The notes beneath the pieces are model-generated. The model was not told the DNA's origin and searched no databases. It was given only the letters and a program-made list of their open reading frames with translations. From the IMG/VR virus record IMGVR_UViG_3300035670_000009, positions 64,001 through 128,000 of that record: a stretch of DNA of 64,000 bases; one strand, 5' to 3'. Position 1 is the first letter of the stretch. Each line of letters begins with the position of its first letter. Origin of the DNA: a virus (taxonomy: Duplodnaviria > Caudoviricetes). Made by a program: the position numbers and the translations under genes. Positions 52,739 through 61,507 of the stretch are shown here, one piece after another.

Positions 52739-55627
52739 TTAATAGCCGCCACCGCCGCCACCGCCGCCCTCAGTCTCGCACGACGTTGTGTTAAGTGAGA
52801 TGGTCGCAGTAATTTCCTTTTCGCATCCGTCAGTAACAGAAATAGTGCCGGAGCCATATTCGCCAAGATCGATAGCGCCGCCGCTGTATGTGGGCGGTTC
52901 TGGAATGCGAATGTCGATGTTGATGCGCTGCACGCCATTTTCGTCGGGTTCGTCAATCGTGACATCGCACGTGGGACCGCCCGTGCAGATTGTGTACTCG
53001 CACACGATATCGCCAACTTCTAGCGTAGTGCGTTTAGGCACGCCGATATCTAGGTCGATATCGAAAATGCATTGACCACTAGGTCCAGTGGTTGGTGTAA
53101 TTGTGAGCGCGCCGGTCGGCTCTTCAGCTGAGTAGATGCTGAGGTTGCCAGAGATCTCTGGACATAAAGGCGCAGGCACGCCAATGTCGAGATCAATGTC
53201 GAAAATACACTGACCACTAGGTCCAGTGGTTGGTGTAATGGTCAGAACGCCGGTTGGCGTTGGATTTTGATAAACACTCAGGTTGCCAGAAATCTCTGGA
53301 CATAATGGCGCGGGCACACCAATATCTAAGTCGATATCGAAAATACACTGACCACTGGGTCCAGTGGTTGGTGTAATGGTCAGAACGCCGGTTGGCGTTG
53401 GATTCTGATAAACACTCAGGTTGCCAGAAATCTCTGGGCACGGCGGTGCAGGAACGCCAATGTCGAGATCAATGTCGAAAATACACTGACCACTAGGTCC
53501 AGTGGTCGGTGTAATGGTCAGAACGCCGGTTGGTTCAGGCTCAGGCGTGCGATAGACATTGAGCGTGCCAGAGATCTCTGGACATAAAGGCGCAGGCACG
53601 CCAATGTCGAGATCAATGTCGAAAATACACTGACCACTAGGTCCAGTGGTTGGTGTAATGGTCAGAACGCCGGTTGGCGTTGGATTTTGATAAACACTCA
53701 GGTTGCCAGAAATCTCTGGACATAATGGCGCGGGCACACCAATGTCGAGATCAATGTCGAAAATACACTGACCACTAGGTCCAGTGGTTGGTGTAATGGT
53801 CAGAACGCCGGTTGGTTCAGGCTCAGGCGTGCGATAGACATTGAGCGTGCCAGAAATCTCTGGGCACGGCGGTGCAGGAACGCCAATGTCGAGATCGAGT
53901 TCTAGTTCGCACGTTGGCGGATTGTCGCAATCCCCTTCAGTGCTGTTATCGGTAACGATTACGTTTATGTACGGCGGGCCTGTGACCAGTTCAATAACGC
54001 CAGTCGCCGTCAAGGTCGTACAGACTGGCCGCGGAATTGGAATGGGCAGGTCAAGGTCGATTGTGAATTCACACAGTTCTTTGTCGGGATCATCGCAATC
54101 GGCTGGGACAGGCGTTTTCGTAACGCGTAACGCGCCGGTTGCGCCACTGAGGCAATCTTGATATTCCGTTACAATCTCCACCACGCCTGCTTTTATTTCA
54201 GGGCACGGCGGTCGCGGAACCGGAATATCTAACTCCAGATTGATGGCGAAACGACACTCGCCATCTCCGTTGCCGCCATCGCTGTCGCAATCAGGCGGTG
54301 TTTCAGTGGTTGTAATCCAGAGTGAATTTCGCGGTTCGATGCAATCGTCGTAATCGACGTTGACACTGACTACGCCCGCCTCAATCACAGGGCACGGCGG
54401 GCGCGGAATTGGAATGTCTAAATCGAGATTGATGGCGAAACGACATTCGCCATCGCCGTTGCTGCCATCGCTGGCGCAATCGGGCGATGTTTCAGTGGTT
54501 GTAATCCAAAGCGAATTTCGCGGTTCGATGCAATCTTCGTAGTCAGTGGTGACGCTGACTACGCCCGCCTCAATCACGGGACACGGCGGCCGCGGGATCG
54601 GAATATTGAGATCAAGATTGATGGCAAAACGACATTCGCCGTCGCCGGTGCTGCCGTCGCTGTTGCAATCAGGCGGTGTTTCAGTGGTTGTAATCCAGAG
54701 TGAATTTCGCGGTTCGATGCAGTCGTCGTAGCCAGCGTTGACGTTTACTACGCCCGCTTCAATTACAGGGCATGGCGGCCGAGGTATCGGAATATCAAGA
54801 TCGAGATTAATTGCGAAGCGACATTCGCCGTCGCCGTCACTGCCTTCGCAACCCAATGAAGGTTCGGTAGCTGTAATCCAAAGCGAATTTCGCGGCGCGA
54901 TGCAGTCTTCGTAATCCGCGGTAACACTGATAACGCCCGCTTCAATTACAGGGCACGGCGGGCGCGGAATTGGAATGTCTAAATCGAGATTGATGGCGAA
55001 ACGACATTCGCCATCGCCGCCTTCGCAGTTAGGCGGCGGATCGACCGCAGTTACCCAAAGCGAATTTCGCGGCTCAATGCAGTCGGCGTAATCCGCGTTC
55101 ACCGTCAAACTGCCGCCTTCAATTACCGGGCACGGTGGTCGCGGAATAGGAATCGTGAGATCGAGATCGATCTCAAACTTGCAGTTTGTTTCTTCGCCGT
55201 TACTGCAAGACGCGGGAAGTTTGGTGACAAGAATAACGCCTGTTGGTCCGCCCTCGATACAGTCGTCGTAGCCAGTTGTAATAGAGACGTCGCCGCCAAA
55301 AATAGTCGGACAAGGTACTGGCGGCAGCGGCACTTTGATGTCGAGGTCAATAAAGAACCTGCACGGCTCTTCGCTGACTTTGGTGACTACAGCTACGCTC
55401 GGTTCGCTTGATTCAGAGCACGAATTGGGCGGGCGCACGTCTACGACGACGCGTGTTTCAAACTCCGGGCACAGCGGCGGAGGAGGGTCGCGCACTACGA
55501 CCGGCAACGGGCAATCGAAAATCGGCGGCGGCGGTTCTTTGATCGAGCATTCAGAAACAAAATCAAAGTCGAGACTCGGCACAGAGTCGACGTTGCATTT
55601 GTCTGGATCAAAAAGCGGCGTGCTCAT
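52739..55627 (-). CDS. large repeat protein (Cys/Pro/Ile-rich modules), probably a fibre or stalk
   Basis: 962 aa; ~14 modules ending C.F.I(D/N)LDL.IP.P.PPCP; ~63-aa units then 39/41-aa units; poly-Gly C-terminus. Confidence 0.75.
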   Translation of the reverse strand: MSTPLFDPDKCNVDSVPSLDFDFVSECSIKEPPPPIFDCPLPVVVRDPPPPLCPEFETRVVVDVRPPNSCSESSEPSVAVVTKVSEEPCRFFIDLDIKVPLPPVPCPTIFGGDVSITTGYDDCIEGGPTGVILVTKLPASCSNGEETNCKFEIDLDLTIPIPRPPCPVIEGGSLTVNADYADCIEPRNSLWVTAVDPPPNCEGGDGECRFAINLDLDIPIPRPPCPVIEAGVISVTADYEDCIAPRNSLWITATEPSLGCEGSDGDGECRFAINLDLDIPIPRPPCPVIEAGVVNVNAGYDDCIEPRNSLWITTTETPPDCNSDGSTGDGECRFAINLDLNIPIPRPPCPVIEAGVVSVTTDYEDCIEPRNSLWITTTETSPDCASDGSNGDGECRFAINLDLDIPIPRPPCPVIEAGVVSVNVDYDDCIEPRNSLWITTTETPPDCDSDGGNGDGECRFAINLELDIPVPRPPCPEIKAGVVEIVTEYQDCLSGATGALRVTKTPVPADCDDPDKELCEFTIDLDLPIPIPRPVCTTLTATGVIELVTGPPYINVIVTDNSTEGDCDNPPTCELELDLDIGVPAPPCPEISGTLNVYRTPEPEPTGVLTITPTTGPSGQCIFDIDLDIGVPAPLCPEISGNLSVYQNPTPTGVLTITPTTGPSGQCIFDIDLDIGVPAPLCPEISGTLNVYRTPEPEPTGVLTITPTTGPSGQCIFDIDLDIGVPAPPCPEISGNLSVYQNPTPTGVLTITPTTGPSGQCIFDIDLDIGVPAPLCPEISGNLSVYQNPTPTGVLTITPTTGPSGQCIFDIDLDIGVPAPLCPEISGNLSIYSAEEPTGALTITPTTGPSGQCIFDIDLDIGVPKRTTLEVGDIVCEYTICTGGPTCDVTIDEPDENGVQRINIDIRIPEPPTYSGGAIDLGEYGSGTISVTDGCEKEITATISLNTTSCETEGGGGGGGGY
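53060..53890. repeat. 117/123-bp near-identical coding repeats
   Basis: About 6-7 copies of PxCPEISGxL.VY..PTGVLTITPTTGPSGQCIFDIDLDIGVP. Confidence 0.85.
54200..55150. repeat. ~185-bp coding repeats
   Basis: About 5 copies of PRPPCPVIEAGV..DY.DCI.PRNSLW.T..GECRFAINLDL. Confidence 0.85.
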
Positions 55628-55630
55628 GGT

Positions 55631-56569
55631 TTACGTTCCGCAATTGCCGACGAGATTGTTTTGAGCCACCGCTATGGTTACCGTTTTCGTGGCGCCGTCG
55701 GTGGTTACAGTAATGCCTGTACCGCCGACGATATTGACATTAGCGCCACCAATGCCGTTAATGGCGGAAATCGTTTGATTGCACGCCGGGCCGCCGCTGT
55801 AGAACCCAGTTACCTCATCGAACGGCTCTCCGTCGTAGAGCGGCACTTCGCCGCCGTGCTCGCACAGTTCGCTGTTCGTAACGTCTCCCGCGCCTTTTTC
55901 TGCGCCGACGCGAATATCGTTTAGTCGGTCGGTCTGCCTGATGCGGCAGTTCGCGCCCTCTTTGAAACGTAGCGCGCCCTGCATGCACTCGGCGTTCACT
56001 ACGATATCCGTCTCAGCCTCGCCTGGTTCTTGGCACTCTTCGGGTGGCAATGCGTAAACACGCGGGAGGTTTCCCAAATTGATCGATCGCGCGTAGCTTT
56101 TAACCAGACTCTGAACACGGCCGGGCTCGAGCGTCCGTTCTTTTTCTGGATAAGTCAGGGTGTCGCCATTTTCGCTAAGCAGCGCGACCAGCTCGGCAAG
56201 CGGGCCTGGCGTCAAAAATCCGTCCCAAATTGGTTCAGGGTTGCAGGCCGGGTTAACAGTGTCGGCAGCCGCGGATTCACCGAATGCGGTCGACCACTCG
56301 GCGTCGGTTTCAGGACACTCAAAACGCAACGGGACGTTCACAGCACCAGGCGCGTCGGTTGCGAATACAAACTGCACAACGCCGTCTGCGCGGCTAATCT
56401 CTGCAAGCCACACTGCGTGTTGTCCTTGCTCAAAGCCGCTATCTAAACCCATGATAATCCCGCAATCCACGACAGCCGACAGCGGCAATAGCGTGCCGAA
56501 ATAGTCGGATTTGTAGACAAACGGATATGCGCGATATTCGTTATCGTTGTAAAACCCAGGACGCGGCAT
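55631..56569 (-). CDS. putative baseplate/tail structural protein (YPF/L family)
   Basis: N-terminal FYNDNEYRAYPF..VVDCGI; C-terminal ISAINGIGG. Confidence 0.6.
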   Translation of the reverse strand: MPRPGFYNDNEYRAYPFVYKSDYFGTLLPLSAVVDCGIIMGLDSGFEQGQHAVWLAEISRADGVVQFVFATDAPGAVNVPLRFECPETDAEWSTAFGESAAADTVNPACNPEPIWDGFLTPGPLAELVALLSENGDTLTYPEKERTLEPGRVQSLVKSYARSINLGNLPRVYALPPEECQEPGEAETDIVVNAECMQGALRFKEGANCRIRQTDRLNDIRVGAEKGAGDVTNSELCEHGGEVPLYDGEPFDEVTGFYSGGPACNQTISAINGIGGANVNIVGGTGITVTTDGATKTVTIAVAQNNLVGNCGT

Positions 56570-56570
56570 T

Positions 56571-57353
56571 TCACACCACCTTTTTACCGACCGTGTCTAT
56601 TTTTATAGCGCCATCCTGCGTGTAAACGCGCAGAACGGTATCTACGGCCCCGTGATTGGCTGCAGTGATATTGAAATTACCGTACTCGTCTGGTCCGCAA
56701 GGCACGCCATCCACTGTAAACGTTTGGAGAAACGTCCGCGGCACAAAGCGGTTCAGCTCGTCGCAGACGTAACGGCTAAAGAGCGGCTCGCCAATGATAT
56801 CTATCCGAATTGTGGTGGCGTCTTCTTTGCGAAGCACCACGCCACGGCCGCCAACCAGCCACACGTCGCCGGTAAGTAACGGCCCGTCGATGGTTTTAAG
56901 CGCCCGCACGCCCGGTTCCTTGGCTGGAATTACAACGCTAGAAACGAACTCTGTCGCTGTTGCTGAAAACGTGTGTGTTTCTGTTGGCCAGCCGGAAAAC
57001 CGGGCCAACCCAAACGGCGCGGCGAGAAGCACGCCCGCCGGACGACCGAATGCGTCAGAAAGCGCTAGAGCGCCGTCAGCGGGCGGCGCGAGCGGGTTGA
57101 AGCTCGCTGTAGCGCGATTGCGATCGGCGGCGTCGCCCACGCTGATTGTGACGAGTTGCGCCGTCACGGAAATGGCCGAAATGTACGCCTGGCGTTCGCC
57201 GCCAATGGTGTAAAGTGTCGCGTCGAAAAAAGTGTCTCGACCAATGTCCAGACGTCGTTCGGCCGACAAGAGAGTCGCCCGATCCGAAAACGGATAACGC
57301 GAATCAGCTTGTTCGTCCCGAAACTGGGGATAAAGGATACGCGCGCCGCTCAT
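56571..57353 (-). CDS. putative baseplate/tail structural protein (YPF/L family)
   Basis: N-terminal FRDEQADSRYPF; C-terminal GPDEYGNFNI. Confidence 0.6.
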   Translation of the reverse strand: MSGARILYPQFRDEQADSRYPFSDRATLLSAERRLDIGRDTFFDATLYTIGGERQAYISAISVTAQLVTISVGDAADRNRATASFNPLAPPADGALALSDAFGRPAGVLLAAPFGLARFSGWPTETHTFSATATEFVSSVVIPAKEPGVRALKTIDGPLLTGDVWLVGGRGVVLRKEDATTIRIDIIGEPLFSRYVCDELNRFVPRTFLQTFTVDGVPCGPDEYGNFNITAANHGAVDTVLRVYTQDGAIKIDTVGKKVV

Positions 57354-58996
57354 ATCGTGTTCTCAATTGTGAACTTGTTGAAACGCGTGTACGACGCGGC
57401 GCTGAAGAGCCCGGCCAGCCCTGTTAGGTCGCCGTACTGCGAGATCAGTAACGAGAACGATACTGGCGAGACACTTTCGTCTACCGCTTCTGCCGTAACA
57501 GTTACCAGAACCGCGCCCTCGGACTGCACTGCTACCGGCGTAGCAGAAACGCGATACCACGCGCCTACGACTACTGAAAACGGCGCGCTGTATTCGGTCA
57601 CAAAGTTTGAGCCGTTAAATCGAAGTAACCGCAGCTTTGCAGCGTTGGCGTCAAGTGTAGCTACTAGGTAACGCGTGGGCGCTCCGAGACTGCTGTTTCC
57701 GCGAATGTAGTTAAACAACACGCCGCCATTACGTTGCAGTCCGCCCGCTGTGATTTGCAGTTCTGCAGTTATTCTTTTGTTTAGCGACCAGTCACTGGCG
57801 CAGTTTTTAAAGAGCGCCATGTTGCGCCCGACAATGTTTGCCGCCGCGTACACATAATGACTCGTCAGCTCGTTTTCGGGTGTCGCCGCTAAAGACCCTG
57901 GCGGCGAGCAAATCTCTGGCGCCGACACAGACTCAAAAACAAATAGGCCTTCGCGAACCGCGAAGTCAGGCGCGGTCCCCGCATTGAAATCGCGGCACAG
58001 CGGCATGACGGCGCACTCGGCGAGCACGGCATCCTCGTCTACGCTTTCAGAAGATACGACGTCCGGTTCTTCAACAAATAGCTCGGTGGGCAAGTCGCTC
58101 CAAATAATGTCGTCGACGCTTTCGCTACCGGGAGTGCACTCGTCTTGGCGCGAAGGCCTCCGTCTTTCGTCACCGGCAGCGCAGGCATCCGCAAGGCCTG
58201 TATCGCTTGTAACCGCTACGCCGCCGCAGTTTTCGAAAAGCGCCGCGTCGACTCCCGCAAAAACCAGATTAATGTTGCCGTTGCAGTCCGGACTTATGCC
58301 ATTGATTGTCGCAATAGGGGGTCGCGGACACGTGCCGCTTTCGGGTCTTTGTCCGCAAGCGCCCAGAAAATCTTTAAGCGGGTTGAAGTCCTGCGTCTCG
58401 CCCTCTAATTGAAATAAAATAGAGTCGACCGGTGTGCTTGCTACTGTCAAAGCGTTGGCGGCTGTTTTAGGGATGAAAGTCGCCGTGACTGGGTTTTGCG
58501 CCGAAAGCGTTACGATTCCGGTAAGACTGGTCGCCACGTTAAGCTTGCCAAGTGACGAAATTGGTAACGGGCGATAGGGCCGCGCGCACCGCTGCGCTAC
58601 AAGTGTCTGCAGCGGCGTGCTGTAACGGCCGACGAACTCTTCGTCGAGTCCTGGCCCAAATACAATCCAACCTGCCACGCCATCTGCTAGCGGCACGACA
58701 GCGTGGTTGACGTTTTGTGGTGCGTTGCGCGGCAACGAGACGGCAGCAACGCTAACTGGCGCCGTGTCGTTTAAATCCGTCGCAACGCCGAAAACAACGG
58801 TGACAATGTTGGGACTTACAGTAATTCCCTGAACAAACAGATACTGCCCGAGCGTTGCTGGAAAACGGATATGGCAATCGACGAGAATGTCGTCGTGAAT
58901 GAACTGACCTGAATCGTCCAAGCCAGTGCTGCGCTCATCCAGCGGATAACGGCGTGAGGCTTGCAGGTCGTACCAGTTTTGGTTGCGAATGGGCAT
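57350..58996 (-). CDS. putative baseplate/tail protein with C-terminal lectin-like beta-sandwich
   Basis: N-terminal WYDLQASRRYPL..ILVDCHI; IATINGISPDCNGNI; C-terminal GAWYRV..GLAGL..RFNKFTI. Confidence 0.6.
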   Translation of the reverse strand: MPIRNQNWYDLQASRRYPLDERSTGLDDSGQFIHDDILVDCHIRFPATLGQYLFVQGITVSPNIVTVVFGVATDLNDTAPVSVAAVSLPRNAPQNVNHAVVPLADGVAGWIVFGPGLDEEFVGRYSTPLQTLVAQRCARPYRPLPISSLGKLNVATSLTGIVTLSAQNPVTATFIPKTAANALTVASTPVDSILFQLEGETQDFNPLKDFLGACGQRPESGTCPRPPIATINGISPDCNGNINLVFAGVDAALFENCGGVAVTSDTGLADACAAGDERRRPSRQDECTPGSESVDDIIWSDLPTELFVEEPDVVSSESVDEDAVLAECAVMPLCRDFNAGTAPDFAVREGLFVFESVSAPEICSPPGSLAATPENELTSHYVYAAANIVGRNMALFKNCASDWSLNKRITAELQITAGGLQRNGGVLFNYIRGNSSLGAPTRYLVATLDANAAKLRLLRFNGSNFVTEYSAPFSVVVGAWYRVSATPVAVQSEGAVLVTVTAEAVDESVSPVSFSLLISQYGDLTGLAGLFSAASYTRFNKFTIENTI

Positions 58997-58999
58997 GTG

Positions 59000-60526
59000 T
59001 TAGCAGCTCCGGACCGTGCCGCCGTCAGTGTTACAGTTAAGAGCCGCAGAAGTCGTAACAGGCGCCGCGAGGGCTATGGGTTCGCAACCGGGTAAAAATG
59101 GGCTGGCGTTAGTCGCGCCAGTCAATGTAGCCGTCACCGAGTAAGGATAGTTCGCCGGGTTGAAACGCAGGCGAAATTTGACATACGCAGAGCTGCCAAG
59201 ATCTACCGGCGGTAACGGCGCGTTAAAGGTCGGATATGTCCCCTGTAGCGCATACTCGACGTTGCTGTGGCCTGGGGCGCTCAGAAACGTGTATCCGCAC
59301 TCAATCACTGCCGTCGCGCCCGCCGGAAACGTACTGAAGGTGACCGCTAGCGCGCCATTTTCAGCGCACTGATGGCACTGATTGCAGTACATAATGACTA
59401 CGTCGAGCAACGGGCAGTTTTGCGGCGTCAAAAGCACGCGCAATGGTTTTTGTAAACGGCATTCGCGCTGCTCTATCCAACGATCGATATTGCTCTCGTG
59501 CAACAACTTGATGTCATGCGTGCGCGCGCCGACGCTCGAATACTTTCTCGCGACCTGATTCATATAGAGCGCGGTGTCTACATAATCCGGGCAATCACAA
59601 CAGGGCGGGCAGTTACTGCCGATCGCCAGCGTCGCCGACCCGCCGGTAAACACCGGTACGGCGCGGCCGCTTATGTTAAGCGTGGTTGGTTGTCGAATCC
59701 AAATACAGTCAGGGCCAGCTATTACAAGGTCGCCGTATTCATTGGGCGTGGCGCCATTCAACCGATAAATTGGCTGCGCCGGGTCATCAGGGCAATCTTC
59801 ATACTTGCCTGCGCCTGCGCCAGGTTCGGCTGTCAAGGTGATGTTTGTGTTTTGCCGTCGACCGCGCACAGTTGCGTCAGCGCTTTCGAGAATCATGTTG
59901 TTTCCGGCAACAAACGTCGCGCCTGTGCGGGTCACGGTGCCTATTTCTGCGTCTTCTGACACAACGGTGAGCGACCGCAAGCGGCGCGGCATTTTGTAAA
60001 CCGCGCGTTCGTCGAGCACAGCGTTTATGGGCGCCAGGTGTATCGGCCAATCTTTCGGCGCAATTTCAAAGGCGGGCGGCCAGGTCTTGTGAATGACCAG
60101 CCTGCAAACAGCGTCGTTGCCGATCCACTCGTAAACGTCGTAATCGGCGCCCCAGCTGCGCTTGATAAACCGGCGGTATTCTGGGTCACCACCTACGGGA
60201 ACCGGCTGCGTAGAATCAAACACCGTGTTTTCGTCCGCGTCGACAATCAAGATGTCAGCCGCGTGAATCGGCGCGGGCGCCCAGACTGGTGCTATCGCTG
60301 GCTCACAGCCAACGCCGTAGAGCCATTTGATGCGCAAAGGGTGTTTGCGGATCGACTCGGCTGCGCGATAAAAACCCGGGTCGTCGTAGGCCAGATAAAA
60401 ATCGGCCAATAGATATCTAACGTCGTCCGACGGCGCGACGAGCGGGTAGTCCAAACCGCTTTGGGGTTGAACGACGCCGATACCTCCGCGGCCGCCTGGC
60501 GTGATGGTCGGATCTGCACAGCTCAT
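59000..60526 (-). CDS. putative baseplate/tail structural protein
   Basis: GLDYPL..LLADFYL; LNGATPNEYGDL; CPPCCDC. Confidence 0.6.
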   Translation of the reverse strand: MSCADPTITPGGRGGIGVVQPQSGLDYPLVAPSDDVRYLLADFYLAYDDPGFYRAAESIRKHPLRIKWLYGVGCEPAIAPVWAPAPIHAADILIVDADENTVFDSTQPVPVGGDPEYRRFIKRSWGADYDVYEWIGNDAVCRLVIHKTWPPAFEIAPKDWPIHLAPINAVLDERAVYKMPRRLRSLTVVSEDAEIGTVTRTGATFVAGNNMILESADATVRGRRQNTNITLTAEPGAGAGKYEDCPDDPAQPIYRLNGATPNEYGDLVIAGPDCIWIRQPTTLNISGRAVPVFTGGSATLAIGSNCPPCCDCPDYVDTALYMNQVARKYSSVGARTHDIKLLHESNIDRWIEQRECRLQKPLRVLLTPQNCPLLDVVIMYCNQCHQCAENGALAVTFSTFPAGATAVIECGYTFLSAPGHSNVEYALQGTYPTFNAPLPPVDLGSSAYVKFRLRFNPANYPYSVTATLTGATNASPFLPGCEPIALAAPVTTSAALNCNTDGGTVRSC

Positions 60527-60534
60527 GGCGGCTC

Positions 60535-61494
60535 CTAGCCACAGGTGTTGCAGCCGGAATCACCGAGGCGGCTACCGAGGACAACAAAGGACATTTGCGA
60601 CACCTCGGATCCAAGCCGGGTGACGAAGTTCTGCAGCGTGTTTACGCCATCTCCAAACCGGTCAATCTGTTGCGTCAAGGCGTCCAGTTCTTCGCAACCG
60701 CAACACGGCTGCGCGCAGAAATCGTTAAACAGCAGGCCGCCCGTGGCCGGACTGATTGATATGCATTCGCCGCCGCTGAAAACGTAAGTACCGTCGCCAG
60801 AACACACGCCGTTAATGCACCGAATACATTCGGCGGTATCGGGCGTCTCGCAAACGCAGTCGACGTTTAGGTTCAAGCCAGAGATGGCGTTGAACACGAT
60901 CCGGGGGTCGGCGTCACCGCCACTTTCTAAGACGAGCCGCATGTTAGTCCCAGCAACCAGCGTCACGTCGCCGTACACGTAATCGCTCAATTCGCCGCTG
61001 TTTGATACCCGTAACCGAGTTACACCTCGGATCATGGGCCGTATAGGATCAGTCTCGAGCAGGCCGCCCGCCGGGGTGAAGTAATACAACCCCGGCGGCA
61101 ACGTGTCGATTTCGTCCAGTCGGCCAATGACAACTTCGCCGATTGAATCGGTGAAATTGTCGACTCCCGCTAATGCGAAAGCCCGATTTGGCTGATAAGC
61201 GGTTTTGGCGATGTTCGCCGCCGCTACGTCTGGATTGTTGAGCGTATTGGTTTCGCCGCTGTCGTAACCGATTGTGATGTTGTAACCAGTCGCCGAAATC
61301 AGCAAACTCTTGAGATAAAATTTGGCTGGCTCGATGTTCAGGTCGACATGCACCGGCAAATAGAGCGCGACGAGAAAGCTGTCCGGCAGGCGAATCGTGT
61401 CTGTCGTGTCTGTTTTGGTGGCGCGCTCGGCCAGCGGATAAGATCGCTGCGAGTTGTGGTTAAGCCACTGTAGATTCCACTGGCCTAAAGGCAT
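60535..61494 (-). CDS. putative baseplate/tail structural protein (YPF/L family)
   Basis: N-terminal WLNHNSQRSYPLAE; IRCINGV; CAQPCCGCEEL. Confidence 0.6.
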   Translation of the reverse strand: MPLGQWNLQWLNHNSQRSYPLAERATKTDTTDTIRLPDSFLVALYLPVHVDLNIEPAKFYLKSLLISATGYNITIGYDSGETNTLNNPDVAAANIAKTAYQPNRAFALAGVDNFTDSIGEVVIGRLDEIDTLPPGLYYFTPAGGLLETDPIRPMIRGVTRLRVSNSGELSDYVYGDVTLVAGTNMRLVLESGGDADPRIVFNAISGLNLNVDCVCETPDTAECIRCINGVCSGDGTYVFSGGECISISPATGGLLFNDFCAQPCCGCEELDALTQQIDRFGDGVNTLQNFVTRLGSEVSQMSFVVLGSRLGDSGCNTCG

Positions 61495-61507
61495 TATCCG
61501 GTCCTCC

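Larger units (their letters stand above)
1100..60420. repeat. dispersed 12-bp palindrome AWAGATATCTWT
   Basis: Exact copies start at 1100, 4238, 9586, 14166, 17073, 23485, 27696, 31720, 36964, 40707 and 45848; one-mismatch copies at 13605, 15793, 34594, 56793 and 60409. Confidence 0.9.

Noticed and set aside
48300-55150. Tandem repeats as a CRISPR array
   Set aside because: The repeats are contiguous in-frame coding units without unique spacers, and no cas genes are present.
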